NCBI GenBank assembly: GCA_902530985.1
Contig: CACACI010000001.1
Coordinates: forward strand, 134,420-198,419
Reading direction: 5' to 3'
From: an uncultured Alphaproteobacteria bacterium
GTDB taxonomy: Bacteria; Pseudomonadota; Alphaproteobacteria; Methylaequorales; Methylaequoraceae
Length of the DNA stretch: 64,000 bases
In this document: one piece after another, positions 8,031-18,193 of the stretch
How positions within the stretch are numbered: the first letter of the stretch is position 1
How the letters are laid out: the number at the start of each line of letters is the position of its first letter
Notes under the pieces: generated by a model
What the model saw: the letters and a program-made list of their open reading frames with translations, nothing else
What the model was told of the DNA's origin: nothing
Database searches by the model: none
Translations under genes and position numbers: made by a program

Positions 8031-9506
8031 TTAATTACCAAAAATACTTTTTGATAGCTCTTTATCAAATTTCATTGGTTGGGGGTTGCGGTTATTATAG
8101 TAATCGTTTAACAAATTTATATATATATTATACTGATCTATTTGCTCTTTAAAATCATTTCCTAAATCATTCTCTTCTATTTCTAAAGATAATGAATCAG
8201 CCTCTTCCATTGCTGCTGGGATAGTTATGAAGTTCTCTTTATTAATAGAACCAAGTCTCTCAGAAATCTTTTGATGAAGAAACTTGAATATTTTTTTTGG
8301 AAGTTCTTCTGGATGATTTCTATAGATATGTCTTGCTGCAAAAAATTTCAATCTTTGGTCTTTAAAATTTTCAGCAAAGACCCACTTTTTATCCCATGAC
8401 TCAGTATGAAATTCATTCATAATTAATGAATCACTATAATTTATTTTTTGCGAATAAATTGTTTCTTCTTCAAACTTTACTTCTTGACTTTGATTTTCAT
8501 TATAGGTTATTGACTCTTCCTCTAAGATTTTTTTAAGGTTTTCTAAAAATTCATTATTTTCTAATTGAAGACATTTTAATTCTATTTCCTCGTCAGAAAG
8601 TTCACTGTAAGGATTAATACACCTTGAAAAAGACCTATCTAATATTGATGGTTGTTTATTTAGTTTAATCTTTCTGAAAAACGATTTTGTTTTGAAAATC
8701 TCTTTAAGCCCATAGTAATCCTGACTTAAAACTTCAGAGGTATCATATTTTAAATCAAACCCAATTAACTGATTGTTATAAACTGGATGCTTAATTAAAT
8801 GTTTAACTAAATATATTCTGTGACTGTTAAACATATAATTATGCAGAGTAAAAGTTTTTTCAGTAAATATTTTTTTTTCAAGTTCTTTTGGGTAAGAGTT
8901 ATCAATAAAAATTCTAAAAAGGTCGGAATTTTTTTTTTGTAAAATTTCCATCAATTTCATTGTTGTCTCTACATCAGCTATTGCTTCATGAGCATTCGCT
9001 GATTCAAAAGAATTAGCTCTTGCTAAACTTTCAAGTTTGAATGTTATTTTTCCTTCATCGTTTTTTTCGATATTTAAAGATCTATTTCTAAAAGCATGCA
9101 CCATGGTAACAAAATTCATTACGTCTAACCTTGAGTTACCCTTCGTATTTGTCAAATATGGAAATACAAAATGTTCCCATAAGGTTTGTCTAAAAAATTC
9201 TTCGTCAAAATTTATCGAATTAAATCCTACAAAAAATGAATCTTGGAACTTTGATAAATAATTATATAAGTCAATTGTCATTTCATAGCAGCTTTTTTTT
9301 TCTGAGAGTATTTCTGACATTCTAAGTTTATTTACCCTCAGAGCATTTATAGATGGAACAACATCAGGATTAATTCTAGACTTCAGATTTAATTTTTGTA
9401 CAGGTTGAAAATTTTCATTATAGATTATAACACCAGCTTGAAGTATCTGATCAAATCGAGCATTTCTTCCAGAAGTTTCAAAATCATATACAATATAATC
9501 TCTCAT
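8031..9506 (-). CDS. sbcB: Exodeoxyribonuclease I (DnaQ-like 3'-5' exonuclease with ExoI C-terminal domains)
   Basis: 491 aa. YDFETSG (Exo I motif), FNSINFDEEF, and HEAIADV (Exo III motif). Length and C-terminal region are typical of ExoI. Confidence 0.85.
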   Translation of the reverse strand: MRDYIVYDFETSGRNARFDQILQAGVIIYNENFQPVQKLNLKSRINPDVVPSINALRVNKLRMSEILSEKKSCYEMTIDLYNYLSKFQDSFFVGFNSINFDEEFFRQTLWEHFVFPYLTNTKGNSRLDVMNFVTMVHAFRNRSLNIEKNDEGKITFKLESLARANSFESANAHEAIADVETTMKLMEILQKKNSDLFRIFIDNSYPKELEKKIFTEKTFTLHNYMFNSHRIYLVKHLIKHPVYNNQLIGFDLKYDTSEVLSQDYYGLKEIFKTKSFFRKIKLNKQPSILDRSFSRCINPYSELSDEEIELKCLQLENNEFLENLKKILEEESITYNENQSQEVKFEEETIYSQKINYSDSLIMNEFHTESWDKKWVFAENFKDQRLKFFAARHIYRNHPEELPKKIFKFLHQKISERLGSINKENFITIPAAMEEADSLSLEIEENDLGNDFKEQIDQYNIYINLLNDYYNNRNPQPMKFDKELSKSIFGN

Positions 9507-10210
9507 TTAAACTTTTCCTGAAATTTTCTTAAATCTTCAGTTGTACCAATATGAAACCAAGGGTTTTCATCAACGTATCCATATAACTTATTTTTATTTA
9601 AACACTCGAAAATTTGATCCTTAATTGAAAAAATTCTTTTTTTTATGTTCAGCATTATATCCTGTTTAATTATTTGAAGACCAGTAAAAACATATGAAGG
9701 GTTCTTTTTTAAAATAACAGAAGATAATGCACTACTTGAACCCAACAAATCAAAATCACCACACCCATTATAACCAAAAAAATTTTCTTTTGGTTTTAAA
9801 CAAATTAGCATATCCATTTTCTCAGGATTCCATAGTTCTCTGATTTTTTCCAGTGACTTATAATTTTTGTCAATCCAATATATATCGCCATTTAATAAAA
9901 TTATTGGATTACCATATTTAAAACATTTTTTCTTTATAGCGTTTAAAAATCCACCACCAGTTTCAAGCCTCTCTTTTTCAATAATCACCTTTAATCTAGG
10001 AAAGAACTTTTCCGTTTCACTGATAATCTGATTATGATAATAAAATGCGTTAACAACTATATTTTTAAATTTTGCATCAATTAATTTTTGTATATTATTC
10101 TCCAAAATACTATTATCATTAATTTTAATTAGAGGTTTGGGGATACTTTTAGTTAATGGTAGCATCCTCTTCCCAAGACCTGCTGCAAAAATCATTGATT
10201 CATTTATCAT
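9503..10210 (-). CDS. Sugar-1-phosphate nucleotidyltransferase, MurU-like
   Basis: 235 aa. Contains FAAGLGKRMLPLTKSIPKPL, the NTP-transferase signature. Paired with the upstream kinase, as in amgK-murU. Confidence 0.8.
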   Translation of the reverse strand: MINESMIFAAGLGKRMLPLTKSIPKPLIKINDNSILENNIQKLIDAKFKNIVVNAFYYHNQIISETEKFFPRLKVIIEKERLETGGGFLNAIKKKCFKYGNPIILLNGDIYWIDKNYKSLEKIRELWNPEKMDMLICLKPKENFFGYNGCGDFDLLGSSSALSSVILKKNPSYVFTGLQIIKQDIMLNIKKRIFSIKDQIFECLNKNKLYGYVDENPWFHIGTTEDLRKFQEKFK

Positions 10211-11162
10211 AATTTAATTTCAAAAGAGGACTAAGAATCTTATTTAGCGGTTCAAATTCTTTATCTTTAAGGTTTTTTACAAGTAGTTTAATTACTCTTG
10301 GGATATGTTTTAAATAATTTTTTTTTTTATCTCTTGCTTCAAGCCTTGAGAAAATACCCAAAACCTTGAGATGTCTCTGGATAGCAATCACTTTATATGA
10401 GAATAAAAAATCATTTTTATTAATAAAATTAAATTCCTTTAGATAATACTCTATAATATTTTCTTCAATTATTTTTTCTACATCAACTCTAGCATCTTGA
10501 GTTAGTGATACTAAGTCATAAACACATGGGCCAATAAGGGCGTCCTGATAGTCTATCCATCCACATTTATAGTGTCTTTGCTTGTTTCCAAGAAAAAAAA
10601 GATTATCTACATGATAATCTCTATGAATAAATACTTTTGGCATCATAAATACTTTATCTAAATATTTGTCAAAGATTTTATTAAAATCATTCTTTATCGA
10701 ATTTTTCTTTTTTTTATCAATTTTGTCGACAAACCATTCAAAAAATAAATTTGATTCTTCAAATAAAAAATGTTTATCGTAGTATGAAAGTTTAATATCT
10801 ATTGTTTTTTTATGGATAAAAATTAAAGCGTCTGTTGCTGCCTTATACAATTTTTCTCTATTAGATTTTGATAATATCTCACTATATTTATTTTTTTTAA
10901 AGTTTTCTAATATCAAAATTCCAGAATCTTTTAAATTATGAATTATTTTTGGTACACTTACAAAATCTTTTAGATATTCTGTAAGAAATATAAATTTATC
11001 AAGATTTTTAATATCATTATCGACCATAAGGACATGATGGTTTTTTTTCTGCTTTATTATATAATATTTTCTAGGCGATGCATCACCCGCTAAAAACGAC
11101 AATTTATCATAATTAATTTTTTGTTTCTTTAATTTATAAATAAGGTCATCCATAACAATCAA
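10200..11162 (-). CDS. Aminoglycoside-phosphotransferase-fold kinase, AmgK-like anomeric sugar kinase
   Basis: 320 aa. Contains the Brenner motif HRDYHVDNLFF, plus WIDYQDA. Sits in the conserved tsaE-kinase-nucleotidyltransferase order. Confidence 0.75.
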   Translation of the reverse strand: MIVMDDLIYKLKKQKINYDKLSFLAGDASPRKYYIIKQKKNHHVLMVDNDIKNLDKFIFLTEYLKDFVSVPKIIHNLKDSGILILENFKKNKYSEILSKSNREKLYKAATDALIFIHKKTIDIKLSYYDKHFLFEESNLFFEWFVDKIDKKKKNSIKNDFNKIFDKYLDKVFMMPKVFIHRDYHVDNLFFLGNKQRHYKCGWIDYQDALIGPCVYDLVSLTQDARVDVEKIIEENIIEYYLKEFNFINKNDFLFSYKVIAIQRHLKVLGIFSRLEARDKKKNYLKHIPRVIKLLVKNLKDKEFEPLNKILSPLLKLNYDK

Positions 11163-11163
11163 T

Positions 11164-11598
11164 TTAGATTTTACCTATCCTTTTAACTGTTACATTTCTT
11201 ATAAAATTTTCGTCCTCGTTTATAAGAATATCAATTCTCTTTCTTGGTAGATATTCTGAAATAATTTCTGGCCATTCAACAATAACACATTCCATTAGAG
11301 CCAATTCATAATCTAAATTAAAAATTTCTGTCTTATCATTTAGTCTATATAAATCATAGTGCCAAATTCTTATGCTTTTTAAATTATATATGTTAACTAT
11401 CGAAAATGTTGGACTTAAAACTTTAATTTTTTTTTGGGATAGTGAATTAATTATATAACTAACTAATGTAGTTTTGCCAACTCCTAATTTACCTCTTAAA
11501 GAAATAAAAGTATTAGGTTTAATAACCTTTGCTATTTTTTTTGCTAATTCCTGTGTATCATTTAGGCAATTTAAATTAATTTTAAAATCATCTTTCAT
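11164..11598 (-). CDS. tsaE: tRNA threonylcarbamoyladenosine (t6A) biosynthesis ATPase TsaE
   Basis: 144 aa. Contains LRGKLGVGKTT (Walker A) and HYDLYRL. Confidence 0.88.
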   Translation of the reverse strand: MKDDFKINLNCLNDTQELAKKIAKVIKPNTFISLRGKLGVGKTTLVSYIINSLSQKKIKVLSPTFSIVNIYNLKSIRIWHYDLYRLNDKTEIFNLDYELALMECVIVEWPEIISEYLPRKRIDILINEDENFIRNVTVKRIGKI

Positions 11599-11656
11599 TT
11601 TTTTTTAATATTCTAATATAAATAACTACATAATATTTTAAAATAAAAAAGAAATA

Positions 11657-12667
11657 ATGACTGAAATTGAAACTGAAGTGTTAATAATTGGAGCTGGGCC
11701 AGTTGGTTTGTTTTCTGTATTTGAGTTAGGACAACTTGGTATTAAGTCTTGTGTTATTGATTCTTTAGACATTGTTGGTGGTCAATGTTCATCTCTTTAT
11801 CCTGAAAAACCAATTTTTGATATACCGGGATTTCCTGAGATATCAGCTGAACAATTGATAATTAATCTTGAAAATCAAATTAAGCCTTTTAAGCCAAAAT
11901 TATTTCTAGGAGAAAAAGTTGAAAAAATAAGCATAAAATCTGATAAATTTTTTGTCTATACTTCAAAAAATAAATTAGTAATCTCAAAATGTATTCTTAT
12001 CGCTGCTGGCAATGGAGCATTTGGGCCAAATAAACCTCCGTTAAAAAATATTACAGATTTCGAAGAAAAATCTATATTTTATCACATAACAGATAAATCA
12101 ATTTTCAAAAATAAGAGAATAGCAATAGCTGGTGGAGGTGATTCAGCTGCTGATTGGGCTATTGAATTATCTTCAATTGCAGAAAAAATTTTTTTTATCC
12201 ATAGAAGGCAAAAATTAAGAGCAGCTCCAAATAGCGTTAAAAAACTCTACTCACTTGAAAAAAGAAAAAAGGTTGAAATGATTATCCCTTTTCAAGTTGA
12301 CTCTATCAAAGGTTTAAATGGAAAGCTTGAATCTCTTGTTGTTAAAGATTTAAGTAACGCTAAAAAGATATTACCAGTTGACTTCTTTTTACCTTTTTTT
12401 GGTTTATCATCAGATCTTGGGCCAATCAAAGATTGGGAATTAGAGATAGAAAAAAATCTTCTTAAAATCGATCCATCTACTTGCCAAACGTCAACTGATG
12501 GAATTTATGCAATTGGAGATGTATGCACTTATCCTGGAAAACTGAAATTAATTCTAACAGGATTCTCGGAAGCAGCCGTTGCTGCCCACAGTTGTTATAA
12601 AAGATTATTTCCTGATAAAGTTCTTCACTTTGAATACTCTACTACTTCTGGAATAAAAAAGATTTAG
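11657..12667 (+). CDS. Thioredoxin-reductase-type ferredoxin-NADP+ reductase
   Basis: 336 aa. Motifs: LIIGAGPVGLF, GGQCSSLYPEKPIFDIPGFP, AGGGDSAADWA, and the C-terminal HFEYSTT. Confidence 0.88.
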   Translation: MTEIETEVLIIGAGPVGLFSVFELGQLGIKSCVIDSLDIVGGQCSSLYPEKPIFDIPGFPEISAEQLIINLENQIKPFKPKLFLGEKVEKISIKSDKFFVYTSKNKLVISKCILIAAGNGAFGPNKPPLKNITDFEEKSIFYHITDKSIFKNKRIAIAGGGDSAADWAIELSSIAEKIFFIHRRQKLRAAPNSVKKLYSLEKRKKVEMIIPFQVDSIKGLNGKLESLVVKDLSNAKKILPVDFFLPFFGLSSDLGPIKDWELEIEKNLLKIDPSTCQTSTDGIYAIGDVCTYPGKLKLILTGFSEAAVAAHSCYKRLFPDKVLHFEYSTTSGIKKI

Positions 12668-12671
12668 GCTT

Positions 12672-13967
12672 TTAATATCTGTATTCTTTACTCTTGTAGG
12701 GACCTTCAACAGGGACGTTTATATATTGTCCTTGTTTCTCCGAAAGTTTAGTGAGTTTAGCTCCAATTTTTTCAAGGTGAATCTTAGCAACCTTTTCATC
12801 CAGTTCCTTTGGAAGAACATAAACTTTTCTTTTATATTTTGAATGATTTTTCCATAATTCAATTTGTGCTAAAACTTGATTTGAAAATGATGCTGACATT
12901 ACAAAACTTGGATGGCCAGTAGCACATCCTAAATTCACCAGGCGTCCTTCTGCAAGTACAATGATCTTTTTTCCATCAGGAAATTCAATTTCATCTACCT
13001 GTGGTTTTATATTTTCCCATTTGTAATTTCTCAATGCTTCTATTTGGATCTCTGAATCAAAATGACCTATATTACAAACTATTGTTCTATCCTTCATTTT
13101 TCTCATGTGATCAATTGTTATTACATCAACATTTCCAGTAGCTGTAACAAAAATATCAACCTTATCTGCTGCATCATCCATAGTTGCAACTTCATAACCA
13201 TCCATAGCAGCTTGCAAGGCACAGATAGGATCAACTTCAGTAACTAATACTCTACAACCTGCATTTCTTAAACTTTCAGCAGATCCTTTGCCTACATCTC
13301 CGTAACCAGCAACCAATGCAACCTTTCCAGCCATCATTACATCTGTTGCTCTTCTAATCCCATCTACAAGACTTTCTCTACATCCATACTTATTATCAAA
13401 TTTTGACTTTGTCACAGAATCATTAACATTTATTGCAGGAACTAAAAGCTTATTTTCTTTTTCCATTTCTAATAATCTAAGAACACCTGTTGTTGTTTCT
13501 TCTGACAAACCTTTTACAGGTTTAAGAAGTTGTGGATATTTTTCATGCATTAATTTAGTCAGATCTCCACCATCATCAAGTATCAAGTTTGGTTTCCAAT
13601 CATTTGGACCCATTATAGTTTTTTCAATACACCACCAAAACTCTTCTTCAGATTCACCTTTCCAAGCAAAAACTGGTATTTTGCGTTTTGCCATTGCAGC
13701 TGCAGCTTGATCTTGTGTTGAATAAATATTACACGAACTCCATCTAACTGAGGCTCCAAGGTCAATTAAAGTCTCTATTAATACCGCCGTTTGAATGGTC
13801 ATATGCAGGCAACCAACAATCCTTGCGCCCTCTAATGGTTTCTTATCTTTATACTCATTTCTAAGTTGCATTAACCCAGGCATTTCAGTTTCAGCTATGT
13901 TTATTTCTTTTCTACCCCAATCAGCTAAACTAAGGTCTTTTACTTTAAAATCGTCCATTTGCACCAA
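12672..13967 (-). CDS. ahcY: S-adenosyl-L-homocysteine hydrolase
   Basis: 431 aa. Motifs: [35 protein letters not shown]. The start may be the Met at 13958. Either start overlaps the end of the upstream PTS gene. Confidence 0.97.
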   Translation of the reverse strand: MVQMDDFKVKDLSLADWGRKEINIAETEMPGLMQLRNEYKDKKPLEGARIVGCLHMTIQTAVLIETLIDLGASVRWSSCNIYSTQDQAAAAMAKRKIPVFAWKGESEEEFWWCIEKTIMGPNDWKPNLILDDGGDLTKLMHEKYPQLLKPVKGLSEETTTGVLRLLEMEKENKLLVPAINVNDSVTKSKFDNKYGCRESLVDGIRRATDVMMAGKVALVAGYGDVGKGSAESLRNAGCRVLVTEVDPICALQAAMDGYEVATMDDAADKVDIFVTATGNVDVITIDHMRKMKDRTIVCNIGHFDSEIQIEALRNYKWENIKPQVDEIEFPDGKKIIVLAEGRLVNLGCATGHPSFVMSASFSNQVLAQIELWKNHSKYKRKVYVLPKELDEKVAKIHLEKIGAKLTKLSEKQGQYINVPVEGPYKSKEYRY

Positions 13968-16023
13968 TTCTTATCCTCTTATTTATTTTTTTATAATAGT
14001 TAGTTAAAAGATTTTTTATTAGCAGATTATCATCTTCTTTTAAAATATCATCTGATATTTTTTTTACCTCAAGTGAATCCATTTGACTCAAAAATTGTTT
14101 TACTTTAAGGATTCTAGAAGTACTCATAGATAAAGTTTCAATTCCCATTCCAATCAAGATAGAAGTAAATAAAGTATCTCCTGCCATTTCGCCACAAATG
14201 CTTATTGGAATATTATTTTTTTTTGCTGAATTGGCCGATAAATTAATTAATCTTAGAACTGATAGATGACCTGGATCATATATTTTTGCAACTTCTTCAT
14301 CTCCTCTATCAATTGCTAAGGTGTACATTGTTAGATCATTAGTTCCAATAGCAAAAAAATCACAATTTTTAGCAAGTGATTCAGAAATAAGTGCAGCCGC
14401 AGGTGTTTCAATTAAAACTCCAATCTTAGGTATTTTAATCTTAATTTTAGAATTTTTTTTAATAAGTTCATTTTTCACTTCTTTGATGAGCTTCTTTGTT
14501 TCAATTAATTCAGAAACATTTGATACCATTGGAAGCATTATTCTAATATTTCCAAATGAGCTTGCTCTTAAAATCGCTGAAATTTGTTTTTTAAATATTT
14601 TAGGAAATGCTAAAGTTAATCTTATAGCTCTTAAACCAAGAGCTGGATTAGGCGATTTTGTTAAAAACTTTTCTATTGACGGAACTTTTTTATCATTTCC
14701 TACATCCAGAGTTCTAATTGTGAGAGGTTTTCCTTTAAGATATTTCAAGGTTTTAATTATAGAATTAAACTGCTCTTCTTCAGATGGAATTTTCTTTTTA
14801 TTCATGTAAAGATACTCTGTCCTAAAAAGTCCTATCCCATCAATACCTTTTTTCACTGATAATTTAACTTCTTCAGTATTATCCACATTTGCTTCGATTT
14901 TGACCCTTTTACCATCAAATGTCTTAGGAATAGTATTGATAAAAGTATTAAGTTTTTGCTCTTCATCTTTTTTTTCTTCAATTTTTTTTTTATAGCTAAG
15001 TATAGTTTCTAAAGTTGGGTTTTTAATTAAAAAGCCTTTATCACCATCAATTACAACTTTCTCGTAATCTTTTAATTTTTTTAATACATTTTTAATTCCC
15101 ACAACTGTTGGAATGGATAGTGATCTTGCAACAATAGCAAAATGGCCTTCTGGTCCACCATAAACACTAGCAAGACCTAAAAATTTATTTTTTGAATATG
15201 CCAGCAAATCTGCTGGGCTAAGTTCAGAAGAAATAAGAATTTGATAATTTTTTAAATTATTTTGTATTCTTTTTTTTTTTTGAAGGTTTTCAATTATTCT
15301 ACTACAAACATTTCTAACATCATCAAATCTATCCTTAAGATAATCATCTTTTATTTTTTTAAATATCTTTGAATGTTTGTTAAGTTCTTCATTAACAGCA
15401 AATTCAGCATTGATAAGGTCTTCCTTTATTCTTTTTTTTGCATCTTTTATAAGAGAGGAGTATCGAATAATTGAAATGTTTGCCTCTAACATAAATTTCA
15501 TTTCTTTATATATGTCATTTTTCTGATTAGTTGTTTTTTTAATGATTTTTTTAATATCTAAAATTGATGCTTTCACTGCTTTCTCAAGCCTTATAATTTC
15601 TTTTTTCACAAGAGATATTGGAATATTGTATCTTGAGTGAGATATATTTGATTTCTGTTTTACAAGACAATTTCCAATTGCATATCCGCTAGAAACACCA
15701 ATTCCCCTAAAAATTATTTCTTTATTAATATTTTCAGAAAGTGGTTTCTCTTCACCAAAATTATTTTTAACTAAATTTATAAGATTTGTAAGATCTTTTT
15801 CTGCATTCGCTCCTATACACTGAACTTTAATTTCTGTACCTTTGGATGCAGAAAGGGTCATTAGACCCAGAAGTGATGAACCATTTACAATTTTTTTACC
15901 TTTTTTAACAATAAATTCTGAATCACACTTGGATGTAAGATCAACAAACTTTGCGGCAGCCCTTGCATGAAGTCCAAGTTTATTGGTAATTAAAATCTTA
16001 CTCTCTACTTTTTTTTGTTCCAA
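13945..16023 (-). CDS. ptsI: HPr domain fused to PEP-protein phosphotransferase (Enzyme I)
   Basis: 692 aa. N-terminal ~90 aa look like HPr: [15 protein letters not shown] (His-15 site) and [12 protein letters not shown] (Ser-46 site). The remainder looks like EI: [21 protein letters not shown] (catalytic His), [16 protein letters not shown]. Confidence 0.88.
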   Translation of the reverse strand: MEQKKVESKILITNKLGLHARAAAKFVDLTSKCDSEFIVKKGKKIVNGSSLLGLMTLSASKGTEIKVQCIGANAEKDLTNLINLVKNNFGEEKPLSENINKEIIFRGIGVSSGYAIGNCLVKQKSNISHSRYNIPISLVKKEIIRLEKAVKASILDIKKIIKKTTNQKNDIYKEMKFMLEANISIIRYSSLIKDAKKRIKEDLINAEFAVNEELNKHSKIFKKIKDDYLKDRFDDVRNVCSRIIENLQKKKRIQNNLKNYQILISSELSPADLLAYSKNKFLGLASVYGGPEGHFAIVARSLSIPTVVGIKNVLKKLKDYEKVVIDGDKGFLIKNPTLETILSYKKKIEEKKDEEQKLNTFINTIPKTFDGKRVKIEANVDNTEEVKLSVKKGIDGIGLFRTEYLYMNKKKIPSEEEQFNSIIKTLKYLKGKPLTIRTLDVGNDKKVPSIEKFLTKSPNPALGLRAIRLTLAFPKIFKKQISAILRASSFGNIRIMLPMVSNVSELIETKKLIKEVKNELIKKNSKIKIKIPKIGVLIETPAAALISESLAKNCDFFAIGTNDLTMYTLAIDRGDEEVAKIYDPGHLSVLRLINLSANSAKKNNIPISICGEMAGDTLFTSILIGMGIETLSMSTSRILKVKQFLSQMDSLEVKKISDDILKEDDNLLIKNLLTNYYKKINKRIRIGANGRF

Positions 16024-16427
16024 ATTTTTTTTTCCTCAAAAAAAGCTGAAGCTACATTGATATATTTTCTTCCTGATTCTTGAGAAATTTTGATTAATTC
16101 TTTGATATTTTTTTTTTCTCTCATAGACATCATTTTTATTAACATTGGAAGGTTCACTCCAGCAACCACTTCAATCTTCTCATTTTCCATTACCGAAATA
16201 GCCAGGTTTGACGGGGTTCCTCCAAACATATCTGTTAAGACAATAACCCCTTTTCCTGCATCTACTTTTTTTACCGCCTCAAGAATATCCGTTCTTTTTT
16301 TTTCTACGTCATCATCTGGGAAAATTGAGATTGCAATTATTTTTTCTTGAGGACCAACTATATGCTGAATGACATCCAGCATCTCCTTTGCAATGTTAGC
16401 ATGACTGACTAAAACTATACCAATCAT
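16005..16427 (-). CDS. PTS EIIA component, mannose/fructose family
   Basis: 140 aa. MIGIVLVSHANIAKE carries the phosphorylatable His near the N-terminus. Also DMFGGTP. Confidence 0.85.
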   Translation of the reverse strand: MIGIVLVSHANIAKEMLDVIQHIVGPQEKIIAISIFPDDDVEKKRTDILEAVKKVDAGKGVIVLTDMFGGTPSNLAISVMENEKIEVVAGVNLPMLIKMMSMREKKNIKELIKISQESGRKYINVASAFFEEKKIWNKKK

Positions 16428-17281
16428 TATTTTAAATCCCTATGTTCTAAAAAAATTTTCAATTTTTTATTCTTAATTAATAATGAATAAAAATACTCAC
16501 TAGAAACAACTGACCTATGAATTCCTCCAGTACATCCAAAAGCTAAAGTAATATAATCCTTACCTTCTTTTTTATATCCTTCCAAAATTTTTTTAAAGAA
16601 CGTTAAAAGCCTATCAAAAAAGAAATTAAAATACTCCTGTTTTTTAACAAAATCTATAACTTTTAGATTTTTACCATCTAAATGGCGCAATTTCTTTTCA
16701 TAGTAAGGGTTTTGAATGAATCTCATATCAAAAACTAAGTCTGCTTCTCGGGGCAATCCATACTTATATCCAAATGAAATAATTCTTATACTAGTTTTAG
16801 AATCAGAAAGTTTACTAAATAAAGCCTGCATTTGGTTTTTCAGAAGATTTATTTTTAACTTTGATGTATCAATGTAATAGTCATTGATTTTCAATAGAGG
16901 TTTTAGCCAGTTTCTCTCAGTTTCAATTATTTCTGTAATTGGCAAATCTAGTTTCAGTGGGTGTAATCTCCGGCTTTCTTTGAATCTATGCAATAAATTG
17001 ATATTATCACAGTCTAAAAATAAAACAGAAACGTTGGAGGTCTTTTTTTTTTTTATAATTTCTTTTGCAATTTTCTTTGGGTCAAAGTCTCTTGTTCTCA
17101 CATCAATTCCTACTGCTAGGTTCTTTTTTACTTTTGAATTAACAACTTCTCCCAAAAGGTATGTTGGAAGATTGTCAATTGCCTCAAAGCCCATATCTTC
17201 AAAAATTTTTAAAGCAGACGACCTTCCAGCTCCAGATAGACCAGTTACAATTAGAATTTTATATTTCTTCTCTAATTTCAT
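16427..17281 (-). CDS. rapZ: RNase adapter / nucleotide-binding protein RapZ (YhbJ)
   Basis: 284 aa. Motifs: IVTGLSGAGRSSALKIFEDMGFEAIDNLP, DVRTRDF, AFGCTGGIHRSV. Confidence 0.92.
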   Translation of the reverse strand: MKLEKKYKILIVTGLSGAGRSSALKIFEDMGFEAIDNLPTYLLGEVVNSKVKKNLAVGIDVRTRDFDPKKIAKEIIKKKKTSNVSVLFLDCDNINLLHRFKESRRLHPLKLDLPITEIIETERNWLKPLLKINDYYIDTSKLKINLLKNQMQALFSKLSDSKTSIRIISFGYKYGLPREADLVFDMRFIQNPYYEKKLRHLDGKNLKVIDFVKKQEYFNFFFDRLLTFFKKILEGYKKEGKDYITLAFGCTGGIHRSVVSSEYFYSLLIKNKKLKIFLEHRDLK

Positions 17282-17690
17282 TTAATTTTACTTTGATTTT
17301 TACTACTGCAGACGAGTTTCTACCATCCATCATGAGTAATGGGATTTTTAAACCAAGAATTTTATAAAACTTTTTCTTTGGTATTCTATTTAAATTTTCA
17401 TTAGTCAATTTAACTACCATCTTAAGTTTAATTTTTTCAACGAATGGAACAGTAATTATACCTACTTCTCTAACTTCAAGTAAACCTTTAGTTGCAATTG
17501 GACAAAAGAGATATATTTCGTTAATTTTTTTTTTGCAAATAGTTACATCATCTGAAATCAATGTGGCACCATTATCTATCAACCTTAAAGCTAGATCTGA
17601 TTTACCGGAACCAGAATCTCCCATAATTAAAACACCATTATCATCTAAAACTATTGAAGAACTATGAACTCTTTTAAGTTCCATTTTCAT
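17259..17690 (-). CDS. hprK: HPr kinase/phosphorylase, short alphaproteobacterial form (C-terminal catalytic domain only)
   Basis: 143 aa. Motifs: VLIMGDSGSGKSDLALRLI (P-loop), LISDD, LLEVREVGI. Confidence 0.85.
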   Translation of the reverse strand: MKMELKRVHSSSIVLDDNGVLIMGDSGSGKSDLALRLIDNGATLISDDVTICKKKINEIYLFCPIATKGLLEVREVGIITVPFVEKIKLKMVVKLTNENLNRIPKKKFYKILGLKIPLLMMDGRNSSAVVKIKVKLNEIREEI

Positions 17691-18142
17691 TCGATGAAGT
17701 TTTCTCTTAATTTCTTATTCAGAACCAAAACTTTAATTCTTTGTATTTTTTTATTATTAATTAAGAAATTTATAAAAAACGATGATCCATCTTCCAACTC
17801 CTTTTTAAGATTCATTAACATAATATGAGTGCCACCAGGTTGAAAAAAAACTTGATCTTTTGCTTGAATGTTAATTTTTTCAATTTTTTTCATTTTTATT
17901 ATATTATCTTTTTTCTCCATTTTGTGGATTTCAGCTTTCTCAGATACATCTGATGATTCAATATTTATTGTAAAATCCTTATTTGTATTATTAAAGATAG
18001 ACACATAAACAGCACATGACTTTTGTCCTGGGAAAGTCTCAAAAGTATAGGCTCCATGGAATACTAAATTATTTTCTTCTGATTTGGCTGAGGTAAAAAT
18101 AATAATAAATAGAAAATAATAAATATATTTGAAATTTCTCAT
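17687..18142 (-). CDS. Periplasmic copper chaperone PCu(A)C (DUF461)
   Basis: 151 aa with a signal peptide. The H..M...M...H.M copper motif appears as EIHKMEKKDNIIKM and GGTHIMLMNL. Confidence 0.8.
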   Translation of the reverse strand: MRNFKYIYYFLFIIIFTSAKSEENNLVFHGAYTFETFPGQKSCAVYVSIFNNTNKDFTINIESSDVSEKAEIHKMEKKDNIIKMKKIEKINIQAKDQVFFQPGGTHIMLMNLKKELEDGSSFFINFLINNKKIQRIKVLVLNKKLRENFIE

Positions 18143-18193
18143 TTAAAAAAAACCTTATAAACATTATACATTAAATATAAAAGCAGAAATAGA

